64,000 bases of DNA from Histomonas meleagridis 2922-C6/04-290x (lineage: Eukaryota > Protista > Parabasalia), in the NCBI GenBank assembly GCA_020184695.1, contig JAANOX010000037.1, positions 62,001 through 126,000 on the forward strand. The letters run 5' to 3'. Position numbers and translations under genes: made by a program. Shown here in pieces: positions 54,517-64,000 of the stretch; position 1 is the first letter of the stretch, and every line of letters starts with the position of its first letter. Below the pieces are notes generated by a model that made no database searches, was not told where the DNA came from, and saw nothing but the letters and a program-made list of their open reading frames with translations.

Positions 54517-54806
54517 ATAAATGAATGAATTAAATCCTTTTGTTTGATGGCACTGTTCTTTATTTGATTTATGTTCCCTTTACTACTTGTTTTTTAAAGA
54601 TAAACTTTTAGGTAATAACAACAAAACTGAAGTTGGGGAAAAAACATTAAATCAACATGTTGTATAATGTACGATAGAAGGAAATAACTTTTTCATATTG
54701 ATTTGATCGTTTTTGCAACAGAAAACTTCTTAATCAAATTTCTTGTTTTCTTTTTGCAAATTAAAAATGAAGGATAAAAATCAAATTCATGCAAAATTTT
54801 AACTGT

Positions 54807-55217
54807 TTACTGGTTGAGCGTGTACTTAATTGCTGCTTGTGTAACTTGAGCTTTGGCATTATGTTTGATCTTTTCAGCCTGCTGAGAGTAAGAGGCAATG
54901 AACTTATCTAAAGCTGGTTCATAGTGCTTGATTGCAGGACCTAAGAATTTGTTGTAAATTTCAGCAGCTAATTTTGCAGTATCATACTGTAATGCAAGTA
55001 AGAAAATGCACTTGAGTTCATAGTAAAAAGGTATTGTATTAAGGAGAAAAGATGCAGCAGCTTCAATCAATAAGAGGAAAGCGCAAACTAACCAATAGCA
55101 AAGCCATCTGAAATCATCATCTGAACCTTCACTAACAACAGCAATGAATGAACGATAACCTGGAAAAAGGAATGTTAAAGGAAATGAAATAAAACGGAAT
55201 ATAGGCCAACCTATCAT
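54807..55217 (-). CDS. TB2/DP1/HVA22 (REEP) family protein
   Basis: FPGYRSF, DDDFRWLCYWLV, IPFYYELKCIFLLALQ, AAEIYNKFLGP. Confidence 0.88.
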   Translation of the reverse strand: MIGWPIFRFISFPLTFLFPGYRSFIAVVSEGSDDDFRWLCYWLVCAFLLLIEAAASFLLNTIPFYYELKCIFLLALQYDTAKLAAEIYNKFLGPAIKHYEPALDKFIASYSQQAEKIKHNAKAQVTQAAIKYTLNQ

Positions 55218-55359
55218 CTTTTGGAAAAATAATATAAATCAAATTGACATTGTTTGTTTGAATTTGAATGCACTTACTTTTGACAAAGAGAACGTTAACT
55301 CCACATATAGCATAAAGGCGCCCTGAAAACGTTTAAAACAAAGACGTTTAAAAATTAAA

Positions 55360-56583
55360 ATGTGTGCTTTTACATTCCAGGAACTTGATATTGTAGAAAT
55401 TCTCAGATGTCTTTCAGATGCTGGTATAAATGCAACGGAAAAAATGATCACACAACCAAAACCATCAACTGTTTATCGAATACTTAAAGAATTTTTTTTA
55501 GTAATAACAAACTTTGAAAAAGCAGAACTATCTCACCCTCACTACATGCTTGATCAAGATCCAGATCCAGAACTTGCAGAAGGCTTTGTATTTCTAAATT
55601 TTTATAGAGGAATGAAAGATTTAATGAAATTTGCAGCTGTTGACAACTTTTGTTTTGCTGACTTATATAAACCTGATGAACAACGTTTTAAATATCTTCT
55701 TAGTGGAATTATTAATTTTGCCAAATTTCGTGAAGATCGAGTACGAAAATTTACAGAGCATAATCAACAAGCCACTGAACTACAAAAGGAAAATGATTCT
55801 CTCGAAAATGAGATTAAGCTTTTAGAGGAAGCTATCCAAGCACAAAAAACTGAACATGAAAAACAGATGCATGAAATTGATGAACTTCGAAGTCAAAAAA
55901 TAAGTTACGAAAACAAACTCAGTGAATTCCAAAATGCTCGTGAGTACCTCACAGAGAGCATAAACAAGTTCAAAGGGATGATTTCCGAATGTCAATCAAG
56001 AATCACTAAAATCAACGCACAAACAAAAGAACAACTTTCAAAGGCAAAGGAACTTAAGGATCTTCTATCCCAAAGTCCAGACGAAGTCAATTCCAAAGTT
56101 ATGAAATCGAAAGATGATCTTGAAAAAGAAATAAGAGAAGTCGAAGAACTCGAAAAAACGTCTCTCAGCGCAAAAAAAAGACAAAAGTTACTTGGAAGCG
56201 TTCGAGAAAATATAATTTTGGCAAGTGATGCACTGATACCACTTGTTCAGGATCAGAAAAAATATTTGAAAATCCAAGAAGAGAAAAAGGTTTTGGAAAA
56301 GGAAAGGAAAAATTACGAAAATAAGATGAAAGAGATCCAAGAATTGAGAGAGATGAAAATCAAAATGGAGAAAGAACAGAAACAGGAAGCTGCGGAAAGA
56401 AGAGATGTGATGAATAAGATAAAAGAGCATAAGAAAACATTGAGGAGACTTGGAGAAGAAAAAAAGAATAGGATTGATTATGATATAGGTGATCAAGTTG
56501 AAGCACTGTCTCGAAAAATAAAAGAATACAATGACAACCTGAATCAAGCGATGAATGAATGTGATCAAGCAATCCAAGAATAA
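55360..56583 (+). CDS. NUF2: Kinetochore protein Nuf2
   Basis: FQELDIVEILRCL, ITQPKP, NFCFADLYKPDEQRFKYLLSGIINFAKFRE, then a long coiled coil. Confidence 0.9.
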   Translation: MCAFTFQELDIVEILRCLSDAGINATEKMITQPKPSTVYRILKEFFLVITNFEKAELSHPHYMLDQDPDPELAEGFVFLNFYRGMKDLMKFAAVDNFCFADLYKPDEQRFKYLLSGIINFAKFREDRVRKFTEHNQQATELQKENDSLENEIKLLEEAIQAQKTEHEKQMHEIDELRSQKISYENKLSEFQNAREYLTESINKFKGMISECQSRITKINAQTKEQLSKAKELKDLLSQSPDEVNSKVMKSKDDLEKEIREVEELEKTSLSAKKRQKLLGSVRENIILASDALIPLVQDQKKYLKIQEEKKVLEKERKNYENKMKEIQELREMKIKMEKEQKQEAAERRDVMNKIKEHKKTLRRLGEEKKNRIDYDIGDQVEALSRKIKEYNDNLNQAMNECDQAIQE

Positions 56584-56750
56584 ATGTTATTAATAATTAA
56601 TTTTTGGAGATTATTAATATTTTAAATCGCTTAACGATAGTTTAGTAAGAATGAAATCTCTAAAATGACTTGATAAAAAGGTTAAATTCTGTTTGATCTC
56701 TTTAGCGATTGAGAAGCTCTGCTTGAAAATGAAAATACGTTAGTAATTGG

Positions 56751-59066
56751 ATGAGCAGCAAAGAACTCCACACAACACTTCTAGAAGCAATTGAACGGCT
56801 CACCGATATTATTGAAATCGAGAAAGGATTCAACGCAGAAGAAAGTGGTATAAACGAATTAAGTCGTCTTTTTGGCGAGTATCTAAAATTATATTCAATG
56901 CTTGAATTATGTTATGATCAAACAATTCAAACACAACGTAGACTTGCTATACGTACTCTTTTTATTAAATTGGTGAACAGATTTTTAGAGTTATTTTTAC
57001 CTATAACAACTGATAGTATACAATTTTCAACACTTTGCCAAACTGTTATGTCACAATCACAGAAATGCGAACTTGAAATCCCAATACCTCGTATTGTTAA
57101 AGATGATCAAGGGCCATCTTTTTCAATCAGAGAAGATTTGGTGAAAAAATTCCAAAAACAATTTGATGAAGCCAGAATTGCTTTAGAAATGACAAAGCCA
57201 CCAGAAATGCCACTTGAAGAAGCTGTTCTTATTGTGCAACGTGCTGAAAGAGCACGAAATGCTCGACATCAAACTCTCTTAAAAAAGAGTATTCAACAAC
57301 AAAAGACAAACATGCGAAAACAAGCGAATCTTTCAGATAAAGAAGAAGCAGCAAATATCATTAAAAGATTTATGAAGAAATACACAGCAAGAAAAAAGTT
57401 CAAACTCCGTCGCGAAGAAGAGAAGGAGCTCATTGGGATGAAGTTAGTTCCAAAATCGCACGAAACAGAAGAAAAAGTTTTAAGAACAATCCAACGTCGA
57501 AAAGAAGAACAAAGAAAAAGAAAACAAGAACTCGAAGCTGCAGAATCTGTATCAAAATCTTGGTTAGAAGACAATAAAGCTGTTGATCTTCGACGTGAAC
57601 TTGATCGACTTTGTGCTGAATATTATAATGAAACTAAGCTTCAAACAGGAAAGGCACCAACTATCAAAGCTAAAATGCAAGTCGTTCGGATGCTTCTTGA
57701 AAGGAAAGATTGGGCGCCCGAACCAGAACTTCAGAATTATTATAATGCACTTGATGAAAAAAAGAACAAAAACAAGAAAACCGAAGAACAACCGTCGTCA
57801 AAACCGCCATCCAGGTCCCCCTCGAGACCGTTAACGATGAGCGGTTTGCGAAATACCCAAAAACAAGTCGAAATTGTTCTTGATCCAAAAGTTACTGAAC
57901 TTAAAGATGCTTTGGAAAAATTTATGGAACAATGGACAACAAATCGAAAAGATGAAGAAGTAACTGATGATTTTGATATTGAACTGGTTCGCAAAGAAAT
58001 GTGGACATCAATGCTACCAGATATTGCTGCTTCATGCGAACAAAAACTTAAACGTGAACTCCGCAATTTAAAAGTCCTTGAAATGAGAAGATGTCGTCGT
58101 GCACGTGTTCCTCGGAGAAGGGCAACACGTCGTAGGAGAAGGAAAACACGTAATACATTAAACATGACAGACGAAGAGGTACTTTCACAATTAGTTGGAC
58201 TTGGAATTATTCAAAATACTCCAAATACTACATTTAATGATTTTATTGGAAATTATGATATTACTTCACCGGTCGATTATTCCGATCCATGGCCCGATTC
58301 TGGTGTTTCTTATGCCACAGTACGTTCTCAAGTGATATTTACATCAGTATTACCATTTGCATGCAATCGAGATTCTCTTGGTACACTCTGTCCACGAGGT
58401 ATTCTAATTGCTGGGAACAAAGGCACTGGCAAAACCACACTTGCGCATGCAGTAATCAATGCACTTGGTGCCACATATCTTGATTTTTCACCATCAGTCT
58501 TAATAGGTAAAACAACACCAACACCACGTCAGTTGGTTCTTATGCTTATACGTGCAGCCAAAACTCTTGCGCCAAGTGTAATACTTGTTGAAGATATTGA
58601 TAAAATGTTTGGTACACGAAAACACTCTAATCAATCGAAAAAGTTCAAGCGCCAATTTAGGAGGTATGTACGAAGATTAAAACCACGCGATCGAGTGCTT
58701 CTAATTGGAACAACATCATTTTCGTCGCTGTCAAAAATTTGCATGTCACTTTTCAACTATATGATTGTTGTTCCAAAACCGAATTTCCCAACGAGAGTAT
58801 TGCTGTGGAATTTTTGGCTTAGTAAAATGGGTATTTTGAGTTCGAAGAATTCTGTGAATGCATTAGCTTTTGCATCACAGAATTATACTGCAGGTGCAAT
58901 TGCAAGAGCTTGTAAAAAGGCAAACAGAGTAAAGAACTCAAGAACTGAACCGAATGAACCAATTACAGACGAAGAGCTGTTAAGGTTTTTGGCTGATGCA
59001 CCTGAACAAGAGTCAAGGCCACAGATACAATTTAACTTTAAAATAGGGTCCCAAGAAAAGAAATAA
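56751..59066 (+). CDS. IQCA1: IQ and AAA domain-containing protein (IQCA1/DRC11-like)
   Basis: LELCYDQTIQTQRR, IQ-like AANIIKRFMKKYTAR, Walker A GNKGTGKT, VILVEDIDKMF. Confidence 0.85.
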   Translation: MSSKELHTTLLEAIERLTDIIEIEKGFNAEESGINELSRLFGEYLKLYSMLELCYDQTIQTQRRLAIRTLFIKLVNRFLELFLPITTDSIQFSTLCQTVMSQSQKCELEIPIPRIVKDDQGPSFSIREDLVKKFQKQFDEARIALEMTKPPEMPLEEAVLIVQRAERARNARHQTLLKKSIQQQKTNMRKQANLSDKEEAANIIKRFMKKYTARKKFKLRREEEKELIGMKLVPKSHETEEKVLRTIQRRKEEQRKRKQELEAAESVSKSWLEDNKAVDLRRELDRLCAEYYNETKLQTGKAPTIKAKMQVVRMLLERKDWAPEPELQNYYNALDEKKNKNKKTEEQPSSKPPSRSPSRPLTMSGLRNTQKQVEIVLDPKVTELKDALEKFMEQWTTNRKDEEVTDDFDIELVRKEMWTSMLPDIAASCEQKLKRELRNLKVLEMRRCRRARVPRRRATRRRRRKTRNTLNMTDEEVLSQLVGLGIIQNTPNTTFNDFIGNYDITSPVDYSDPWPDSGVSYATVRSQVIFTSVLPFACNRDSLGTLCPRGILIAGNKGTGKTTLAHAVINALGATYLDFSPSVLIGKTTPTPRQLVLMLIRAAKTLAPSVILVEDIDKMFGTRKHSNQSKKFKRQFRRYVRRLKPRDRVLLIGTTSFSSLSKICMSLFNYMIVVPKPNFPTRVLLWNFWLSKMGILSSKNSVNALAFASQNYTAGAIARACKKANRVKNSRTEPNEPITDEELLRFLADAPEQESRPQIQFNFKIGSQEKK

Positions 59067-59382
59067 AATTTTGTGTAAAAGACTTATTGAGTTTTAGTTA
59101 TTAAATTTTTAAAATTCAAAAAATTAATTTGATTATAAATTTTATTTATTTTCCCTTTCTTCCTCATGACGTTCCTCCACATCCTTTAAAATAAACTTAA
59201 ATATCTTCTTTATGAATTAAAAAAAGAAAGTGAATAAAAAAAAAATGAAAAATAAAAATTGCCAACGAAATGTATCGGCGTGTAACAAAAGTGATTTGAA
59301 CATTTTTTCAATACGAACTGAATTCAGTTTTGACAAGATTTTATTTCACATAACATTTCAAAGTGGTCGGCCACTTTTTCGA

Positions 59383-59829
59383 ATGAGCACCTGGAATTCA
59401 GGCAACTGGTTTTGGGAAGAACACAATGCTAACAAATGGGCAAAGGAAAGGTTAACAGAACTCGTCAATGGAATTTCAGTAGAAGGTTGGACTTTTTCTG
59501 ACTTCGATTTCAAATCAATCCAAGCTGCGAAATCTATCAGAAAGAACCGTGAAATCCGTTCTTTTGAAATCGTCCTCGAATTCAAGTGGAAGTATGGCGA
59601 TATGGAAGGCAAAATTAATTTCCCTGACGTATCAAATGATTGTGTTGATTCACCAGATGAATGGGAATATGAACTTACATTTACAGGTGATAGCAACAAG
59701 AAAACTGCTGCAGAAAAGAAAGCAATACGTGTACCTGCTGATGCTAATGTCATTCCATTATTCCGTAAAGCTTTCGCTCAATGGGCTGATGAATTCAAGA
59801 ACCTCCCAGCAACACCAAGGGCAGAGTAA
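59383..59829 (+). CDS. Stand-alone Aha1 N-terminal domain protein (Hsp90 co-chaperone, Hch1-like)
   Basis: NWFWEEHNANKWAKERL, ASIRKNR..SFEI.LEFKW, EGKINFPDVSND; true start 59383. Confidence 0.8.
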   Translation: MSTWNSGNWFWEEHNANKWAKERLTELVNGISVEGWTFSDFDFKSIQAAKSIRKNREIRSFEIVLEFKWKYGDMEGKINFPDVSNDCVDSPDEWEYELTFTGDSNKKTAAEKKAIRVPADANVIPLFRKAFAQWADEFKNLPATPRAE

Positions 59830-60464
59830 AATGTAAATGCCATTTTTCAAATATTATTCATTTATTTACCTGTGTTGTTATATATCAAAGATTTCGATAA
59901 TTTTTCATCCAGATAATGTGGCTGATTGATTTGTGAAATACTGTAATCAAAATATAAAATCATTAGATGTTATTTTCGAAAATTTGGAAGAATTTTTATA
60001 ATTTTGAATGATATATCATTTCTTAGTGAATTTTCACATGCGTTTCATCTAAATATATTTATAAGATTTTGATTTTTTTTAATCAAAACGAAAATTTCTA
60101 GTTTGATTTTTATAGAAATTTTTATGTGAAATGTTAATGAAGAATAAATTTCCAAACTTGTAATCACCTTTATAAACATTTTAACATTACTTCTTTTGAA
60201 CAATTTATTTGACACCTGTCAGAAATAACAGATGCAAGCATAGGTTGGATCAAAAATTTCAAAAATTTTAATCAACATCGTTTTTAAAAGGAAATTGAGA
60301 AAATTTGAGAATTGTGATTTTGCACACAAAAAAATAAAATCATGAATAGTTTATTTTCACCGATATATTCAAAATTTCTATATTCCGGTGTTTTTTTGTT
60401 GTTATTTGAAAGAAAACCGTTGGAACAGTTTGTGTTGATTTTCACTTCATTATCTTTTAAATCA

Positions 60465-61076
60465 ATGGCATATCTTTTTGGTAAGAAGAAAAAAACCACA
60501 GCTCCAACACCACAAGATACATTAGATAACATTAATAAAACCATAGAGGATCTCCACAAAAAAGAAGAATATTATGATAAACAAATCCTTGGAGAAGAAA
60601 AGAAAGCGAGAGAATTTATGAAAAAAAATAACAAGAAAAGGGCTTTGGAATGTATGAGGCGTAAGAAGCTTATTGAAAAAAGTCGTGATAATGTTTCAGC
60701 AATGTCTTTTAATCTTGAACAACAAAAGATTAAAGTACAGGAAATGCAAACGACTTCAAATGTTTTTAAGACTTATATGCAAACCTCGGAAACAATGAAA
60801 AGGCAATTTGGAGAAGTAGATATTGATAAAATTGAAGACATAATGGATGATATTCAAGATATGAACGATAATTTGGATGAAGTCAATAGCTTGCTTACAA
60901 AGCCAGTCGGCGATATGGATGAGGATGAGCTCGATGCAGAGCTTGAAGCATTAATGGGCGAAGAAGAAACAACTCAACCAACGGCTACAACTACAACAGT
61001 TCACGAAACACCACAAACAGTACAAGCTGATGATGATGAAGAACAACTTGAACAATTAATGGGTAATTTTGTTTAA
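60465..61076 (+). CDS. SNF7: ESCRT-III Snf7/Vps32 (CHMP4-like)
   Basis: MAYLFGKKK, ALECMRRKKL, DIDKIEDIMDDIQD, DEDELDAELEAL. Confidence 0.85.
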   Translation: MAYLFGKKKKTTAPTPQDTLDNINKTIEDLHKKEEYYDKQILGEEKKAREFMKKNNKKRALECMRRKKLIEKSRDNVSAMSFNLEQQKIKVQEMQTTSNVFKTYMQTSETMKRQFGEVDIDKIEDIMDDIQDMNDNLDEVNSLLTKPVGDMDEDELDAELEALMGEEETTQPTATTTTVHETPQTVQADDDEEQLEQLMGNFV

Positions 61077-61283
61077 TCAACATGCTTATCGATATTTTAA
61101 AAGATTATGAATATTTTCTTTTTTGTTATAAATTATTAAAAATTGTGAAATGTTCCAAAAGTTGAATTTTTTAATCAGAGATATTTCGTCACAAAGCATG
61201 TTTAAATGCTTTTACACTGAAATAAAAAATTAATCAAATCATTGGATAAAACACGAAGAAATCGAAAAAAAAATTTAGTGATA

Positions 61284-61321
61284 AACGGTTTCGGCGGTTT
61301 GACGGTTTTGGTCCTGCCTTT
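61284..61321 (+). promoter_or_regulatory. Triple M3-like (RCGGTTT) elements plus M5 (CCTTT) upstream of RPL3
   Basis: AACGGTTT 61284, GGCGGTTT 61293, GACGGTTT 61301, CCTTT 61317; ATG 61329. Confidence 0.65.
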
Positions 61322-61328
61322 TTGGGCA

Positions 61329-62516
61329 ATGTCACATCGTAAGTACAGTGCTCCACGTCGTGGTTCTCTTGGTTTCCTCCCTCGCGGTCGCGCCTCTCAT
61401 GTTCGCGGAAGAATAAGGTCATGGCCAAAGGATGATCAATCCAAGCCACCACAACTTCAAGCATTCCTTGGTTACAAAGCTGGTATGACACACGTTGTTC
61501 GTGAAGTTGTTCGTGCAGGATCCCGTCTTAACAAGAAAGAAGCTGTTGAACCAGTTACACTCATCGAAACACCACCAATGGTTGTTGTTGGTCTTATCGG
61601 TTACAAGGAAACAGTTCATGGTCTCAAACCAGTTACAACTGCCTGGGCCAGCTTTGTTGGTGAAGAAATGAAGCGTTGCTATTATAAGAATTGGGCTCAA
61701 TCCAAGCAAAAGAAGGCCTTCGGAAAACTCGACAAGAAGGCTGATGACATGAAGAAGCGTATCCAAGACATTAAGGAACAATCCTCAGTTGTTCGTGTTA
61801 TCGCTCATACCCAACCAAAACTTGTCAAACTTGGTTCCCGCAAAGCCGAACTCATCGAAATCCAAATCAACGGTGGCGATGTTGCTGCAAAAGTTGACTA
61901 TGCCGTCAAACTTCTCGAAAAGACAATCAATGTCGGAAATGTTTTCGCCGAAGGTGAACAAATCGATCTCATCTCCGTTGGCAAAGGCCGTGGATGGGAA
62001 GGTGTTATCCATCGTTTTGGTGGCAAGCGTCTTCAGAAGAAGACACATCGTGGTCGTAGGAAGGTCGCCTGTATTGGCCCATGGCATCCAATGAGAGTCC
62101 TTTGGACCATTGCACGCGCTGGTAACAATGGTTTCCACCACAGAACCGAAATGAACAAGAGAATCTACAAGCTCCAACTCGTCGAAGGCGGAAAACTTGA
62201 TGAAAGTGGTTCAACTGAATACGATATCTCCAAGAAGTCAATCAACCCAATGGGTGGTTTCGCTCATTATGGTAATATCACAAATGATTTCGTTATGATC
62301 AAAGGATCTGTTTGCGGTGCTGTAAAGAGAACTATCACACTCAGAAAGACCATCAACGCTAACACAAAGAGAATCGCTACTGAAGATATCAACCTCAAAT
62401 GGATCGATACTGCATCCAAGTTCGGTCATGGAAGATTCCAAACCAAGGAAGAACGTAACAAGTTCCTCGGAAAGCTTAAGCTCTCAAAGGTCGCTGCTGA
62501 ACAAAAGAAAGAGTAA
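61329..62516 (+). CDS. RPL3: 60S ribosomal protein L3 (uL3)
   Basis: MSHRKYSAPRRGSLGFLP, GYKAGMTH, ACIGPWHP, KFGHGRFQT. Confidence 0.97.
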   Translation: MSHRKYSAPRRGSLGFLPRGRASHVRGRIRSWPKDDQSKPPQLQAFLGYKAGMTHVVREVVRAGSRLNKKEAVEPVTLIETPPMVVVGLIGYKETVHGLKPVTTAWASFVGEEMKRCYYKNWAQSKQKKAFGKLDKKADDMKKRIQDIKEQSSVVRVIAHTQPKLVKLGSRKAELIEIQINGGDVAAKVDYAVKLLEKTINVGNVFAEGEQIDLISVGKGRGWEGVIHRFGGKRLQKKTHRGRRKVACIGPWHPMRVLWTIARAGNNGFHHRTEMNKRIYKLQLVEGGKLDESGSTEYDISKKSINPMGGFAHYGNITNDFVMIKGSVCGAVKRTITLRKTINANTKRIATEDINLKWIDTASKFGHGRFQTKEERNKFLGKLKLSKVAAEQKKE

Positions 62517-62700
62517 AGTGCTCAAATTATTAATTTCGATTTTTTTATTTCGCAATTGTATTTGCTCCATACAAAGAAATGTATTTCAACGCAAATTTAG
62601 CTGAAAGAATTCGATTTTATTTGCTTTAAAGGAGAAAACTTTTGTTGTAAATGAAATGTAAATATTGAATGATTTACGTCGGTATTCAATTTATTTCTTC

Positions 62701-63985
62701 ATGCAAAATATTAATTCTGTGTCACCTAAAAGTGATTTTGCATGTGAAGAACATTATAATGATATAGAAATACTTACATCGCTTCAGAAAATTATATTTA
62801 ATTTAACTCAAGAAAATTTGAATTTATCTGTAGATCAAACAATGAAATTATTTGATTCATATATTTCATATTCGTTTAATTTTGTCCTAAGTAATTTAAT
62901 TTATTTTGCTTTTGTGTCACGAATCAATCCAAGTGACATATATAAGTTATTTAGAATTAATTCAAACCAAAGAAGAAGAAAACAATCAAAATAATCCTAA
63001 AATTATTGAATATTTTGTTAAATATATATTAAATATTGGATCACAAGAATCATATTATTTAATAGAAAAAATGATTGAACAGAATTTAATTGATAAAAGA
63101 ATTACTAAAACGATTTATCCAGAATCAGTTTATTCGAAATATTTTGCGCATTATCAAACAGAAAAGCATAATAAAATATATTGTAATGATATAAGAGCAA
63201 AAGGATTTTTAGAAAATTATGAAGAACTATCAAAGAATGATTTTGAACTTCATAAGCAATTAATTAAAGAAGGACATAATCCAAATGATATTGCAAAAAT
63301 AATTCGAAATGATGAAGTTGAAAAACTTCAAGAAATAACATCACAAACAAACTTTGATTTTGAGCAAAAAATTGTTCCATCACTTTATGAAAGATGTTCA
63401 TATGTAAATAATTATGTTTCATTGATTAGTTATGCAGCGTTTTTTGGTTCAACGAAATGTTTTAAATATTTGATGCTAAATGATTTTAGATTTTTCGACA
63501 TTTGTAGATATGCAATTGCAGGTGGAAATCTTGAAATCATTCATTTATGTGAACAAAATCATTTGTCATTTTATGAATCATATGAAACTGCAATTAAATT
63601 TCATCGAAATGATATCTTTAAATATCTTTATGAAAATAAATTAGTAAAATCCGAAATTATCGATTATGATAAATTGGAATATGTATGTATTAATAGTGGA
63701 AATTATGAAATTCTTTTATATTTAGAAGAACAAGGAATAGAAATTACCAAGAAAATAATTAATAAAACTGCAAAATTTGGTAACTTATATCTCGTTAAAT
63801 ATTTTCTTCGAAAATATCAAAGACCCAATGATATCTTATTAAAATCAATCAAGTCAAGGAATTCTGATTTAGTAAAATATATTCTTGAACAAAAGAACAT
63901 TAATATTAATTTTTATAATATTAATTTTTATTGTTTCATATTTATTTTAATAATTCCATGTTTTTTATTCGTTTTCAAAGTTTAA
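62701..63985 (+). CDS. DUF3447-type ankyrin-repeat protein (split locus I), with a 1-nt frameshift near 62940
   Basis: The N-terminal block in ORF 62665..62994 overlaps ORF 62906..63985. It ends in a spacer at 63920-63999 (80 nt to the expected Thr codon); the array is presumably cut by the window end. Confidence 0.75.
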
Positions 63986-64000
63986 GCAAATTATTAGAAA

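Overview
This is eukaryotic, very AT-rich DNA from a parabasalid (trichomonad-type) protist. The assignment rests on the DUF3447-ankyrin family, expanded BEACH and LRR families, Inr/M3/M5-like promoter motifs, a 23-nt GT-AG intron and a bacterial-type aldo-keto reductase; the species cannot be determined. Ordinary genes: ADA2, Derlin, a divergent actin, a CDF/ZnT-like transporter, BEACH-WD40, Hsp70, a SCYL1-like pseudokinase, RPL19, cyclophilin, two REEP/HVA22 genes, a CARMIL-like LRR protein, an RRM protein, an NTF2-like protein, CFAP36, NUF2, IQCA1, Aha1_N, Snf7, RPL3 and tRNA-Thr(AGT). There are three decayed DNA transposons (pogo/Tc5-like, P-element-like, MULE/SWIM). The standout feature is a recurrent split-ankyrin architecture. 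Four DUF3447-ankyrin ORFs (7378+, 31583-, 49452+, 62701+) all stop in or just after a conserved AT-rich spacer. Where the window allows (three loci), the gene continues as an array of 90-nt ankyrin cassettes (T-A/P-L...GIDINAKD), almost all stop-free and in two loci strongly divergent. The cassettes are separated by stop-containing, usually frame-breaking spacers with no conserved GT-AG ends. Spacer lengths are exact multiples of 20 nt (40, 60, 80, 140, 160, 220, 240; most often 80, giving a 170-nt period). This points to an unexplained expression or diversification mechanism such as non-canonical splicing, translational bypassing or a silent-cassette reservoir. Which of these applies cannot be decided from DNA alone.
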